In this document: piece after piece, positions 24,142 to 38,350 of the stretch
How positions within the stretch are numbered: position 1 is the stretch's first letter
Layout: every line of letters starts with the position of its first letter
NCBI RefSeq assembly: GCF_006345805.1
Contig: NC_042997.1
Location: 76,632,001-76,696,000, forward strand
Source: Octopus sinensis
Taxonomy: Eukaryota
DNA length: 64,000 nucleotides
Direction: 5' to 3'
Position numbers and translations under genes: made by a program
Notes under the pieces: generated by a model
Databases searched by the model: none
What the model was told of the DNA's origin: nothing
Seen by the model: only the letters and a program-made list of their open reading frames with translations

Positions 24142-25423
24142 TCAGGTCATCCCATAAGTTCTGTCTGATTTTACCTTTTTTAAAATTGAATGAAATTTAA
24201 TAGTATTTTAGAATGTCTAATGGAATTAAAAATTATTTTCATGCATTTGTGTACATTTAAACTAATTAAATATTATTTTACAGATTAATAAAATTAAAAT
24301 TTCTTCAATTAAAACACTTTCTAACATGGAAGTATCCACAGAGCATTTAAGGTACATAATGTTTTATGAGTACAAAAAGGAAACTCAGCATCTGAAGTGA
24401 CTTGTAACATACACTCAGTTTATGGGAAAGAATGTGTGAATGAAAGAACTTGCAGAAGAAGGTTTGCAAAGTTCAGAAGTGGAGATTTCAGCCTTGAAGA
24501 TGAAGATCGAATAGGACTTCTAGTTGAGTTTGATAATAAGCTCCTTGAGGCATTATTTGAAAAAAATCTTGCATTATCAGTTGAAGAATTGGCAAAAAGC
24601 TTAGTTCAAACCATACAATTGTTCATCATCATCTTCAACAACTTGGAAAGGTTCCTAAACTTGGAAAATGGGTGCCTCATGAATTGTCCAAAACCAACCG
24701 CAAATCCTGAGTTGACATCTGCTCTTCTCTCCATTCATGTGAATTCATTTCACCCTTTTTGGATAGACTTGTGACTAAAAATGGATCTCCTATCGAAATG
24801 TTAAATGTCGTAAACAGTGGCTTGGTAAAAGGGAAAAAGCTCAACCACAACCGAGAAGGGAACTTCATGAAAAAAAAAAAGGTTCTTCTCTCTATCTGGT
24901 GGGATTGCAAAGGAGTAATTCACTTTGAATTGTTACCATCTAATGCAACAATCAATGCTCAAGTCTACTGTCAGCAATTAGAGTGTTTGAACCAAGCTTT
25001 GAAGAAAAAAAGACCCACTTTAGTGAATCGAAAAGGAGTGATGTTTCATCAGGACAATGCACGATCCCACACTGCAAAGATCACATCACAGAAGATCGAA
25101 GAGCTTGATTGGGAAAAAATTCCTCATGCACCTTATTCTCCCGACCTTGCTCCTTCAGACTACCATTTGTTTTGTAGTTTACAGAATCATTTGGGAAACA
25201 TAACTTTTGCAAGCCAGGAGGAAGTTGAAAGTGGCATTTCAGAGTTCTTCGCTTTGAAACCAAAAGCGTTTTACATTGATGGGATTAAAAAGCTTGTCAT
25301 TGATGGAAGGAAGACATAGATAATCAGGGAAAGTACATTGATGATTAAATTTCAATTAAATATAACATTTGATCACTTATTTTCTTTATTCAAAATTCGG
25401 ACAGAACTTATGAGATGACCTGA
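24142..25423 (+). mobile_element. Full-length mariner (1282 bp) with frameshifted transposase
   Basis: TA TSD on both sides. TIRs TCAGGTCATCCCATAAGTTCTGTC / GACAGAACTTATGAGATGACCTGA. HTH region plus FHQDNARSH and YSPDLAPSDYHLF. Confidence 0.95.
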
Positions 25424-26322
25424 TAGCAATGTTTGTGTCATAAATATTATAGTTGAAAACAATTTTTTAAAAAAAGCATATTTTCCCAGAAACTTTTTTA
25501 AAATGTAAGAGTAAAATTGTGTTTTAGTTTTTATATTTGTTATCTTTTTTTGTGTGCACTTCTGGATATCTTGGTTTCAAATAATTCAGATTGAATTAAC
25601 ATTCTCTGACTAACCAAAGAATGTCAGCATATTTTTGTATAAGTTATTCGAAATAAATTCACAGGATTGTATTTTGTTTTGGATATTAATAAACTTGAGC
25701 AAGGCCAGGTCCTATTTCTAGTTTACAGTAAAATTGGAATATTTATTCTGTATTTTTAACAGTTTGATTGAGAAGAATATTAAGTGTCTTCAAAACTATT
25801 TTGTGTCTGTTGTGTATTATTTTCTAACGAATGCAAGGGAAAAAAATAAGCACACAAATTTTGTTGTAGTAATAGTTCAGAGAAGCTGATTAGATCAATA
25901 TAGTTGACCTATTTAAATATCAGTTAGTCAGTGTATGTAGCATAGATGTTGAAAAGGAATTTGAAGGATTATGGTTCTGGGGAGGAGGGATTGGATGATG
26001 TATTAAAAGTGAAATCTTGTAGGTTAGACACAGTAAGTGGGGTGGGAAGAACAAAGATGGATGGGACAAGTAGGCTTGAATAGAGCATCTAGTTCAGAGG
26101 AGCACAGGTCCAGTAATGGAATAGGATTTGGGCAGTAGGTATTCAATAAGGCTATATCCAAGATATCTGCTCAAGGATCACAGAATTTTTGATTATGTTT
26201 TTCATTCCTGAATTTAGCATTAAATATACATATTTATCTTAAAAAGTGTTAATATACCCAAGATGTTAAAATTGTCCTTGGGTCTCACATCATTATATGC
26301 ATTTAATGTTCTTAACTTCCTT

Positions 26323-27105
26323 ACTTTTGATGAGATTTAAGCCAAAGGCTTCTGAACATTGTCTCTTAGTTACTCTACATGCTTGTTCACAACTTCATAA
26401 CTTATAATCACAAGGATCAACAAATGCTTGTATTAAGTAAAGAGCTGGCAAAATTTCAACTACCAATGCTGTTTAAAAAAATTTCCAAATCAAGTAGTAA
26501 AATATGAGTAACTTTTCAAAAATTTTAATGATATTTGATTTTTACATGTCAAATTGATTAATACTTTTAGTATCAAATACTTTCCTTATTGAATACATTT
26601 ATTCATTTCTTTAAATATTAACATATAGACTGAATAACATTTTAAATGACTGAACTAATTGTAGAATTAAAAGATGTTGCTAGTTAATTCATTATTGTTA
26701 TTGATTTTTTTTTTTACATATTTGACAGCTGCCCATACTACATTAATATGATGATGATGAATTATTTCTAGAATGGAAATTACTTCATTTTGAGGGAAAG
26801 GCATTGTTCAATGTTATCAATTCTGCTAATTAAAAAATACAAGTTAATGCTCACACCCTTAATTGGGGTTAAGGTATGATGACTGAGGAAAAGGGAGAAT
26901 AGCAGCTGTCTGATGGCCTCTGCTAAAACATTAAATATACTTTATATGAGTGTCACATTTTAGTAGGATTACAGCTTGGCAGGTGGTAATAGTTCATGTA
27001 CCACTAATTCACATTTAACATTTTGTGCTTTTACAATGCCCTACAATAAAATGCATAGCAGATTTTGTATTTGAATATTTCACATGTCAAAAGATTAATT
27101 GTAAA
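26323..27105 (+). repeat. ~783-bp direct duplication, copy 1 (copy 2 at 33131-33913)
   Basis: Co-linear, highly similar match with offset ~6808. No TIR, tail or TSD recognised. Confidence 0.92.
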
Positions 27106-29019
27106 GTAATATACTTTTATGAAACAGTGAATAATAAAATTCAAATATTGACTTCACTCCTTACTCCTCTCATTGCATGATAGTGTGTGAGTTGGAACTT
27201 ATATGCACTTCCACACTTGACTTCAGATTCCCTTACTTCTTCCTTTGAAAAGTCACCTAGTAGTCAATCTTTTAACTTCCAACTGTACAATCAAAATACT
27301 GAGCTACTCGTATACTGAATATATACTATAAATTAATCTGTATTATGTGTTGAGATAGCTAATAATTATTTGCATTAGTTGACATTGAATACAAAAAAAC
27401 CCCCTGGAAATTGAGAAGTACATGTTTGCCTTACTTCTGCATACCCACCTCCTATTTTTATCATTATATAGGCCACTATAGCGACAGTAGAATTTGTGAG
27501 AAAAAAAAAAACCCAGTATGTCTATGGGCATGTGGTTGAATCCTGTTAGTGATTTTCATCTTTTCCAACTTGTAGCAAGGCTTAAATCTAGCATCTCCTT
27601 ACCTATGTGTTCTCTGAGGGTGAACTTAGCTAGAAGTTTCTCATGTTACAAATGGTTAAAGGCTTTACTGATTATATGTGGTGTAACATTACTTTCCTAA
27701 AGTTTTCAAGAATGAAGGAACACTAGTGAGTGATCTACAACAAATTTAAGATCTAGCTGTACAGAAATCATACTGTTAGTCACTGATGTGGTGATAGGTG
27801 TTGGAATTAATGGAGGTTTGTTGACAATTATTTTCATGTTTCAGATGTTTCAGTGGTTGTTTGCAGAGACAGAAAAATTTAACCTTTTTTGGGGAATGTA
27901 ATACACTGTAATGGAAAAGAGAGAGATAGAGAGGTTGAAGAGCTGGCAAGGATAACACCTAGTTCTAGGGCTTATTGTTAGAAGTATCAACATCTGAAAC
28001 ATGAAAAAAAAAAAGGATACCTCCTGAACTAATCATCTTACTAACTTGGAGAAGTTTCCACACATGACAACTGTGTACATGATGGAGAGAGTATCTAAAA
28101 GGAAGGTTCAGAAGTTTTGTCAGATTTATGTTGGAGATGAAGTGAGTTCAAATGTAGAGTTATTTCCAGTTGTAACCGAATCATCTTGATTAAGGAAGAG
28201 TGGGTAGAATGACTGTGCAAGAGACCAGTTTTCTAAATAAGATGTGTTATAAGATAGTCATTCATTACTCTTCTAATAGTAGTCTTGCAAATAATATGGT
28301 GGTGGGAGGAATTTAAAACAAAGTTCCTTGCCTGTACTGCTACAGCACAACTGTGAATAAATCACTTAAGTATGGAAGAATGTGCCTTAGAGGTTGATTT
28401 TAGCCACCCACTTTTCACTCTTAGCTACATTATGGATGAAACATTTATTGTTAGGAGTAGTGGATATAAAATTAATAAAGCTGTAATCAGAGGGTTTGTT
28501 AGGGGAGAATATTGTAGAGTTGTAATCATGAGATCTATGGTTTCCATGAGACTTTGAGGCCTAACATTTGTAGGGTTTTATAATCTATCCTCAGAGTCAT
28601 TTTTATGTATTTAGTTCTTGCATATTTCTTTTCTTTGGATGACTTTTCCCTCTTTAATTTTTGTAGTTATTTAATCATAACTGACATTGTCAATAGTTTC
28701 CTATATTGGTTCCTCAGATGTATTTGACATTTCATCTATTTTGATTGTAACTAAGTCTTGATCATGTCTGAGAATAACATGCTATTGTCTTTATCTCTAC
28801 ATTAAGGAGACTGATTTTTCAAATAGGCTGTTGTCCCATTAAGTTACTGGTAGAAATATTGAATATCTCTTTTTCTGTTCTACACTCTCTGTTTTTCTCT
28901 AGCTTCTTACTATTCAAGCTGTTTTATTTTCAAGTTTGGTCTACTTGCCTTCTATCTCCTAGTCATTACCTTCATGCACTCAGGATAACAGATTCATCTA
29001 AAGAAGAAAAAATTTCCTG

Positions 29020-29430
29020 TGAGCGATGAAAAGTGGCATGGCTTTTGGGAGGTGGTTGATTTACCAGGGTAGCTGGGACTCTTTCCCATCCCAGTTAGGG
29101 AAAACCCGAACATTTTAATGTGGTTTGAAAGAAAGAAAGTTGTGAATCTAGAAGATAACATGGGTGCCGTTTGGGCTCGAAAGATTGACCATTATGTAAA
29201 CCTTCTCAAGGAATGTGAAGACACAGGCTGGAAAGCAGAGCATTTTCCAATCAAAGTCAGATATAGAGGATTTGTTGGACACAGTGTGAGGTGACTGTTG
29301 TTATCGTTAGGCCTAACTCATCGTAAAGTCAATACCTCCATGACCGATTTCCAAACTACAGTGGAAAAGGCTAGCCACTGGATTTAGTTAAAAAGAGTAG
29401 ATGAGCGATGGATAGAAGAATATTGAGCTT
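29020..29430 (+). mobile_element. Restriction-like endonuclease domain fragment of an R2/HERO-type non-LTR retrotransposon
   Basis: PNILMWFERKKVV...EDNM...RKIDHYVNLLKECEDTGWKAEHFPIKVRYRGFVG...LG...EKASHWI*LKR. Confidence 0.7.
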
Positions 29431-30168
29431 TATATGATAACCAGTTAATCTAGCAAGCGAGGCCTCATATCAGTGAGGGGTGGGCTGGTACACATTGATG
29501 CTGTTGAGAGGTAGTCCCTGAAACAGTGCGCATTGTCTCCTGATGACTTCATACACTTACTGGCTTCCAGTATGCAGAACTTTCAACTGGTAGCACTTGC
29601 ATGTGCAAGTTGCTTGCAAAACCTCTTGTCAGGTTTGGTCTATTTGCCTTCTACTATTTATGTAGTTCTGTTCATTTTTATGAAACTCTGTTGCATGATC
29701 TCATTACCAAGAGTAAGGTGATATTTAGATTATGATTCTCCATTTCTCTGCATATATTCCTTTTCCAGTTATTGGGCAGAAGTTTGCTGCAGAGGTTTTC
29801 ATCTCATATTTTTCTAACATCCAAGCTCTCCTGTTAAGATTTTTCCTCTATTGTTTTTGAATGATTGATTGTTTTTTTTTTACTGTTATTTACTTATTAT
29901 TATTCAGAGTAATAGTAATAAATAAGCCTGTTGATTTCGTTTTTAATTTCTTATCTTCATTTACCATGCAGCCACCTTAATATTTAGATTAAAAAAACTT
30001 ATCCAAACAAATGAGCCGTGCACAAAATATTTACTAGGAAATATATTTTTTAAATTCTAATTTTTGTTTGTTGTATGTTATATATAGCTTATATATTATC
30101 ATTAGAATCTCTTCATCAACATACGGTAAACCCATTTAGATATTTTCTTACATAATTCATTCCTTTAG

Positions 30169-30401
30169 GTGAGATTACACGAATGGTTAGTGGAAATCCC
30201 AGATACTCCTGGAGTTGTGTTATTGCCGGTGTCCAGCAAAAAAGCCCCAAAGGTATCACAATGGGAAGTAGATCATTTAAACAACATTCAAGTGAGTGCC
30301 CTTCTGAATGTTATCAGAACAAAACCTGTGAAAAGTGTGTGTCATCTCATGGAGCAGAAGGTGGATCTCAGCATTGTGTATGGAGTGAAAAATTACATGA
30401 G
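30169..30401 (+). CDS. MEGF8: MEGF8 internal exon (PSI region), phase 1 to 0
   Basis: ctttag|GT GAG...CAT GAG|gtaagt. Translates GEITRMVSGNPRYSWSC...CPSECYQNKTCEKCVSSHGAEGGSQHCVWSEKLHE, matching my recollection of vertebrate MEGF8 (GETRRILSVQPTYDWTC...CLDSKGADGGWQHCVWS). Confidence 0.92.
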
Positions 30402-33130
30402 GTAAGTTGAAAGTATATCAGTTTTGAGTGTATATGTTTTTGCCTTTATTTTTGTTTATTTTAAATAATCTATTAGTACTGGATGTCTCTTCAACATGCT
30501 TTCTTTTCTTTTCTTTTTCGCCTTTTATCTGGCTACTAACATATTTAATATACTAACAGTACTTGTGGAAATTTCATGATTATCTGAAATCTGTGAAGTA
30601 ATTGAAAGTTTACAGAAAATATACAATATATAACTTTGGGGTGGGGGTTGTATTTGAAACATTTCATTCTTTAGATAGCATAAAAGTTCATGTACATTGT
30701 ATTGAACATGCAATCTTAGGAGAAAACATCTCTAAAAACTTTATTCCTTGATACATATGTGTTACTTCTACATTGAGATTTGTCATCTATTATTTTTCAT
30801 TTTATATTAAACTCTTAATCAAACAAACATAGCCTGTCTATTCTGCTACTATATAACTGTATGAGTAAAGATTTAATACACACACACACACGTTGACATA
30901 ACATTATATATATATATAAGTACAGATGTTAGTATTTTTCATAAAAAACACCTTTAGAGTTTTGGGTCTCATGGAGGCAATGATAAATGGCCAAGACCTT
31001 TGCCAATATGCTGTACTTGAGAAGAAGACCCATCAAGCCAAGTGAAATAATAGTCTTGGCAGATACTGGTGTCATGCCAGTGGCATGCAAAAGCACCCAT
31101 TACACTCTTGGAGTGGTTAGCATTAGAAAGGGCATCCAGCTGTAGAAGCCATTCCAAATCAGACTGGAGTCTAGAGCAGCCCCTCAGCTTACCAGCCCTC
31201 ATCAAACCACCCATCCCATGACAGTATGGACAACAGATATTTAATGATGATGATGACTAAGATATAATTCAAAAACACTTCAAAAATACAGATAGATAGA
31301 CTAAGAAATTTAGACAACCAAACATGCAGTGACATTACAAATTTTTTTCTCTCTTGATATTTTTCCTTCTTCCCCTCTGACTTCATGTTTAGATCGCCGC
31401 TCTCTTCCCTTTCACCTTCTTTCTCTTGCATGTATTTCTCTTTCTATTGCTGTCTCTGTCTCTCACTTCTCCTCCCTCTGTATTTTTCTTTATTTGAGTT
31501 ACTTTCCTCAGCATTACATGAAAGGTAAAGTGTACTATTGTATTTGCCAGCAATATTTTATGCACAACCATACTATTTGTGTTTCCTTATTAAGCTATAT
31601 ATTAATACATTAAGGTCAAAATGCATTATGCTGTCATGTGACTAGTTGAAGAGAAAAGCAAAGAATGAGAGAGAAAAAGTGAGGGAGAGAGAAATCTAGG
31701 GGGAATGTAATGTTTATTATGTGGTTAAAAACTTAGTTGAAGGGAATGATGTAGAGAAACAGAGTTAGAAATACAATGTTTAGCAGTTGGGTTATGTTAA
31801 AGAAAGGCAGAGAGAAAGAAAAGTGATGTTTTTGCTAGCTGATCCATGAAGTTATGTAGTTAGTGGAGTGAGGGGTGAAGAGAAAGAGAAAAGAAAATGA
31901 TAATGATGTGAAGAGGCGGATGAAATGGTTAAAATGTTTGTTGAAGTTAGAGGTAAAGAGAAAGAGAGAGAGATAAGTGTTTAGTTGAAGTAAATTTTAA
32001 ACATTGGATATTATTGTAACATTTTAATAATAACATTTTTATATCGTCTGTCAATTCATTTGTCTGTCTATCCACATTGACTATTTCATTGATGGGTGGG
32101 TGATTGGAGGAAAGAATAATAATATTAAATTTATCATAGATAGAAAGATAGAATTTTCAATGAAAGTGAAACAACTTAAGAAAATAGCCATGGATGTTCT
32201 TATTTAAAAAAAATTGTTATTCAAACTTTGTACTGACAACACGAAAATTAGATATAAACAAACAATTGAACTGAAATGAAATGAAATAATCTTGGTTGGC
32301 AAACAACTTAGACTGAGCTTTCTTACCGAAAAGTGTAATCATAGTGGTGTTGGTAGTAAGTGAATAGTGTAAAGTGTAGTTTAAAAAAAAAATTAAACCA
32401 CAATTAATGCCTATCACTTAATGCATGTGCTTAAGTGCAATTATTCATCATCTGCTCACTTAAAAATTGATATTTGTTTATAAAATGTGGATGATAGATG
32501 ATGTAAGAGAAAGAATGAGATAGTATAAGCAATGATGTAAAGAATGAGACAGTATAGGCAATGATGTAAAGAGAAGCAGAGAATCACTAGAACAAGCATG
32601 GGGGCATCAGCATGTAGAAGAGAAAATATGAATCAAAGAATATAGAATGAGTGTTTACAACAGACAAGAGAATGTGCTGAAGATAGAATATAAAATGAAA
32701 ATGAGAGAGAACATAAAGAAAACTGTAAACATAAGGCTCAAAGTCACAGCATTGGTGAAATGAATATTTTGTTATCATTGTGAAGCTCTTAGATTTACAA
32801 ATTAACCTCTGAACTACTGGGAGAAAGGTATGTCATGTTCCCTTTATTGCAACCTTATCCAGAATAACTGAAAGGTGTTTTAAAATGAATGTAATGTAGA
32901 ATATACAATTTATACAGGAACACTAATTTCTGTGGCTCTGTATAAACTCACAACCCTCTAAAAAATTTTGTATTTACTGTGTAATTTCCACAGGTATGAT
33001 AGCTTCTTTTTCCCAACATAAAATTTTTAATGATATTCAGATTATATGCTTGCTAAATTGTGTCAATTTTACATGATTCCATTTCACATTCCATATTCAT
33101 TTAATAACAGCTTACAACACATGTTTTCAA

Positions 33131-33913
33131 ACTTTTGATGAGATTTAAGCCAAAGACTTCTGAACATTGTCTCTTAGTTACTCTACATGCTTGTTCACAG
33201 CTTCATAACTTATAATCACAAGGATCAACAAATGCTTGTATTAAGTAAAGAGCTGGAAAAATTTCAACCACCAATGCTGTTTAAAAGAAATTTCCAAATC
33301 AAGTAGTAAATCAAGTAGTAACTCTTCAAAAATTTTAATATTTGATTTTTACATGTCAAATTGATTAATACTTTTAGTATCAAATACTTTCCTTATTGAA
33401 TACATTTATTCATTTCTTTAAATATTAACATATAGACTGAATAACATTTTAAATGACTGAACTAATTGTAGAATTAAAAGATGTTGCTAGTTAATTCATT
33501 ATTGTTATTGATTTTTTTTTTACATATTTGACAGCTGCCCATACTACATTAATATGATGATGATGAATTATTTCTAGAATGGAAATTACTTCATTTTGAG
33601 GGAAAGGCATTGTTCAATGTTATCAATTCTGCTAATTAAAAAATACAAGTTAACACTCACACCCTTAATTGGGGTTAAGGTATGATGACTGAGGAAAAGG
33701 GAGAATAGCAGCTGTCTGATGGCCTCTGCTAAAACATTAAATATACTTTATATGAGTGTCACATTTTAGTAGGATTACAGCTTGGCAGGTGGTAATAGTT
33801 CATGCACCACTGTAATTCACATTTAACATTTTGTGCTTCTACAATGCCCTACAATAAAATGCATAGCAGATTTTGTATTTGAATATTTCACATGTCAAAA
33901 GACTAATTATAAA
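33131..33913 (+). repeat. ~783-bp direct duplication, copy 2
   Basis: Matches 26323-27105. Confidence 0.92.
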
Positions 33914-34949
33914 TTTTGTTCTTCTCTCTTGGTCTACTTTCCAACACAAATTCTTTTCTACTTAATTCATATTATTTATTCTTTTACAGATAAAATACTG
34001 TAATTAGGATTAAAAGAAGACTATTTTTTAAAACAATTTATTTGAACTTCAAAGTTTGAATAAATTTGAAAAAAACCCAAAAAATCTTTCCATAGGTGTA
34101 GGAATGGACATTCTCACCTGCTCTATTGGTTTTCATTTGTTAATTTACATTTTTTCTAAATTGCATAGTTTATTGGGCAGAATTGTAGATTCAATTTCAT
34201 CTTTGTGAAATTTCCATTTTGTTCTTAGGAACAATTATCAATTTTCAGTATTTTAATGTTTTTCAATTTTTGTTTTGTTGTTTATAAATACCTGTTTAAC
34301 TTAAACTAGGTGTTCAAAGAAGAGGACTGTCATAAAAAACAGCACAATAATCAATTATGAAAACTTTGAATGAAGTGGTTCTATACAGTCATATAATAAT
34401 GGGTCCCTAAATTTATTCGGAGCCATCATTGCTTCATTTTCCTCATTTATTTTCAGTATTTGTTTAAGAAAAATTGAGGAATTTTTCTTTTTAGATTTTG
34501 AAATATTTAACTTTTGCATGATTGCTTTCTAATATATATTGCCTCTAATTTCATCAATTTTGAAGAAAAAAAACAGGAATTTAGAGAACCCTCATAATGT
34601 AATTAACTGTATTAAATAATTAGTGTCTTGGGAAATTGTTAACACAACTTAAAAGAACGGTTTTGCATACGATTATCATAGAAAATTTTTATTTAAGTTC
34701 TGAACATTTTAAAACAAGCAGTTTTAAGTGAAAGAACTTATATGGGTTTAAGTTAGAATACTTTGGATGCACTAGCTGCTGTTAGCTAACACTCTACATA
34801 TCTTTTGCTTGGTTTCTTTTCTTTTTTTATTGTTTTGAAGAGGCAGATAAAATACTGTAATTAGGATTAAAAGAAGACTATTTTTTTAAACAGTTTATTT
34901 GAACTTAGAAGTTTGAATAAATTTGAAAAAAAACGAAAAGTCTTTCCAT

Positions 34950-35335
34950 AGGTGTAGGGATGGCTGTGTGATAAATAGCTTGCTTATGAACATGGTTCTG
35001 GGTTCAGTTCCACTGCATGGCACCTTGGGCAAGTGTCGGGCCGACCAAAGCCTTGTGAGTGGATTTGGTAGACAGAAACTGAAAGAAACCTGCCGTATAT
35101 ATATATGTATGTATGTGTGTATATGTTTGTGTGTCCGTGTCTGTCCCCCAACATCACTTGACAACTGATGCTGGTGTGTTTATGTCCCCGTAACTTAGTG
35201 GTTCGGCAAAAGAGACCGATAGAATAAGTACTAGGCTTACAAAGAATAAGTCCTGGGGTCGATTTGCTCGACTAAAGACGGTGCTCCAGCATGGCCACAG
35301 TCAAATGACTGAAACAAGTAAAAGAGTAAAAGAGA
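34950..35335 (+). mobile_element. tRNA-derived SINE with CORE-like segment
   Basis: Head tggctgtgtga..gggttcagttcc, ccttgggcaagt core, tail aaagagtaaaagag. Related copies at 13290, 37590, 54962 (-) and 63725 (-). Confidence 0.8.
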
Positions 35336-36262
35336 GAGTATTTCTTGTTCCTCATTTTAATCCTAGATGTAACTTTCAAAGATGAAAAAAAAAAAATGAA
35401 GTAAAAATGAAAATTTCTCCACGAGTTTTTTTAACCCAATATTTGCACACTATTATTTATAGCTTTATTTGCTTCGAGGATTATTTTATGTTTCCTTAAA
35501 TTTTCATAATTCGTAATGCTATTTATATTTCAGTTGCTTGATTGTAACTTGATTGTAAGTGAAATGCAGCTTTAAAATGGTATAAATTTCTTGAAGAAAA
35601 TATTTGTTGATATATTGTTATTTGTCAAATATGGCTGTTTAACTCTTAACATTGTTTACAACATGAATTCATCTGGTGGTGCTTGGTTCTTTCAGCCCTG
35701 TAAACTACCTATTTTGAAACACTCTTGTTCCATTCATTTTAAAGCAAGTTACGAACTCTGTAATCTAAGGGAGACATTTATTTATATACCATGGCATTCA
35801 TTATTAATTAATATGTTGCTGAACTATTGTAATTAATCTTGGAGTTTTTTTTATTATTGAAACATTTGCGCATACATTATATATTGTTTCTAGTAAATTT
35901 CATAATGAAAAGAATGACACACACATTTGCATGTTATGTTTGTCCATGTCTATTACTAAGTGCACTGTATTACAAACATCTTTCTTTTCATTATTCACTT
36001 TGAATGTATCTTGTTTTTTTATTATGTACTTAATTTAAGAACCACATTAACAATATTTTTATTGCAGATGATTATGTAAATTTGATTTTTTTTTGCAAAA
36101 CTTCCAATTTCCACACTGTAAAGATTTGAATAAACAAGCCCACTTTTAGCTATTTTCTACTCAGTCAAAACAAAGACTGAACTTGTAATTTATAAAACTT
36201 TGTTTAAAGTTAATTTGAACTTATTTTTCATTAATTTTATTCTTGTGACTTTTATTTTACAG

Positions 36263-36521
36263 TGTATACCTCCTGCTTATATCCCACTTCATTGTTCTGC
36301 TGGTGAATGTGGTTCCTTACTACGAGAGTATAATCATTGTCCAATCCGATGCATGGAAATTCAACAATGTTCTCGATGCATATCTTCCCCTAGCTGTGGA
36401 TGGTGTTCTTTTGGTGATCAGCTTGATGGACGTGGCATTTGCATGCCTGGAGGCCTGTCTGGTACCAGCAATGGTCTTTGTTCAGAATCTAACATCACTT
36501 ACGGTTCAACTCATCTTTCAG
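36263..36521 (+). CDS. MEGF8: MEGF8 internal exon (PSI domain), phase 0 to 1
   Basis: ttttacag|TGT...TCA G|gtttgc. Translates CIPPAYIPLHCSAGECGSLLREYNHCPIRCMEIQQCSRCISSPSCGWCSFGDQLDGRGICMPGGLSG, in frame with both neighbouring exons. Confidence 0.94.
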
Positions 36522-38159
36522 GTTTGCTTGTTTTTTTTTTTGCTTTTTCATAAAATTCTAAAACACTTCAATCTATATATTTCTTCTTCATCATCTTTAT
36601 AATTTACTGTTATCAATTGTGAATAGTATAATGTGGGTCTTATGAGTAGTAAAAGATAATAGTATTCTAAGTATACTGAACATATATCATATGAAAATTC
36701 TGCAGTCTTATTTAACTAGTTTTGTAATATGGATGTATGAAATTTGAGCATTAGTTTTTGAAACTTTAATATGAAATCAAATGATGTATGCTGTCTTCAC
36801 TTTTATATTAGCTGGTAACACATCGTCCATTGTAAGGAATTATTGAATGCAAAACTCACTTTTGGCTACTTACTAAATTTAAATGTTAGACATCTATGAA
36901 TTAATTCTTCAAGTCCAATTCAAGGTTGCTAACTAAATATTAGTGAGGTTCCTACCTTGAAAATATAAGTATTTAAATAGGGAAATATGTATAGAATTGT
37001 CATGGCCAATTAGTGTGAATTTGCCATTTTAAAATCCAATTTCATATTTATAGTGGTTTTAAATTAATTATCTCATTTCAAGATGCCCTTAGCTTCTGTT
37101 TTGGGTTACCTTCTGAATAGGTAAATCTTTTACTCACTCATGTTCATTTGATATATAATATAATGTGTGTATAATGATGGTTATGGGTTTTCTTGCTGTG
37201 AATGAAAAATAAGGTCTCAGTAAAATAAAGTGGTAATCATGTTCTATGGACATGCATGTGCCTCTTCAAGGCTTGCTGGTACCTTACAAACCTTTTGGAA
37301 AATGGAATAAGTTGAGGACTCAGTTTTCTCAAGTGTTTGTGTATTATTTACTATGTACTTTCTTGAGTGGATGACAAGGCCTGTTTTGCTCTGTGCCACA
37401 AACCCACAATGCATCACTTCAGATTGTCTTTTAGTTTGTCTTTGAAGTGCAAGATTGACCTTCTAACTGGCCTTCCTGTTGGGAATTGACCAAAGAGATG
37501 TTGTTTCAGAATTCTGATATCACTCATATGTGAAAGATGACTCAACCATCTAAGCTGTATTTTGTGTGTGTGTGTGTGTGTAGGTGTAGGTGTGGCAGTG
37601 TGGTAAAAAGTTTGTTTCCCAACCACATGGTTCTGCATGGCACCTTGGGCAAGTGTCTTCTACTATAGCCTTGGAATGATCAAAGACTTGTGAGTGAACT
37701 TGGTGGACAGAAGCTGAGAAAAGCCTGTCATATATATATGTATATATGTGTGTGCATATGTACATGTCTGTTTTTGTCCCAACTACCTACTACTTCACAA
37801 CTTGTGTTGATGTATTTACATCCTTGTAATGTAGCAGTTTAACAAAAGGGTCCAATAGAATAAGTACCACACTTTAAAAAAAAATGAGTACTGGGTTGAT
37901 TTGTTTGGCTAAAACTTTTGATGGCAGTACACCAGCATGACTGCAGTGTACTAGCTCATGCTGTGATTTCTTCCGCATAGATGAGTTTATCATACACACC
38001 TGGTCATGTGGGCAAGCTTTAGGGTTTCAACAGTTACAACTGGGAGTGGGCTCTTGGTGATGCTTATGAGCCATAATGTTCTTTACATTGTGGCAGCAGC
38101 TGTATGATATTTTAACCAAGTATCTTTTACAAATCTTCCTGTATTTATGGTTTACTGGG

Positions 38160-38350
38160 AAATGCTTATCTAAAAGACAGGAATTTCTTGTCTACAGTAC
38201 TTCTAACATTTAAGAAGGGGAACCATATAAATTTCCTAGGTCTATTTTTAGGCCAATAATTAGGATTCAAATTTTTACTTGAAGGGTTGTAATATATCTT
38301 ATCTATATAGTAGGGTGGGGGATGCCATATACTAGCCTTTTCTCCCACCT
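38160..38350 (-). mobile_element. Penelope-like RT thumb fragment
   Basis: RPRKFIWFPFLNVRSTVDKKFL resembles the PLE R.IIWFNPP.S.NV motif. Confidence 0.55.

Noticed and set aside
26729-26833. Exon-like stretch (YDDDELFLEWKLLHFEGK) after a polypyrimidine-AG in the duplicated block
   Set aside because: An in-frame TAA lies immediately upstream, all frames from the AG hit stops, and there is no MEGF8 similarity.
30169-30405. ORF-track frame MRLHEWLVEIP...
   Set aside because: This is the wrong frame. The overlapping Cys-rich frame matches MEGF8 and the splice phases.
36200-36553. 117-aa ORF as a stand-alone small secreted protein
   Set aside because: The hydrophobic ends are translated intron polypyrimidine tracts. 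Only 36263-36521 lies between splice sites.
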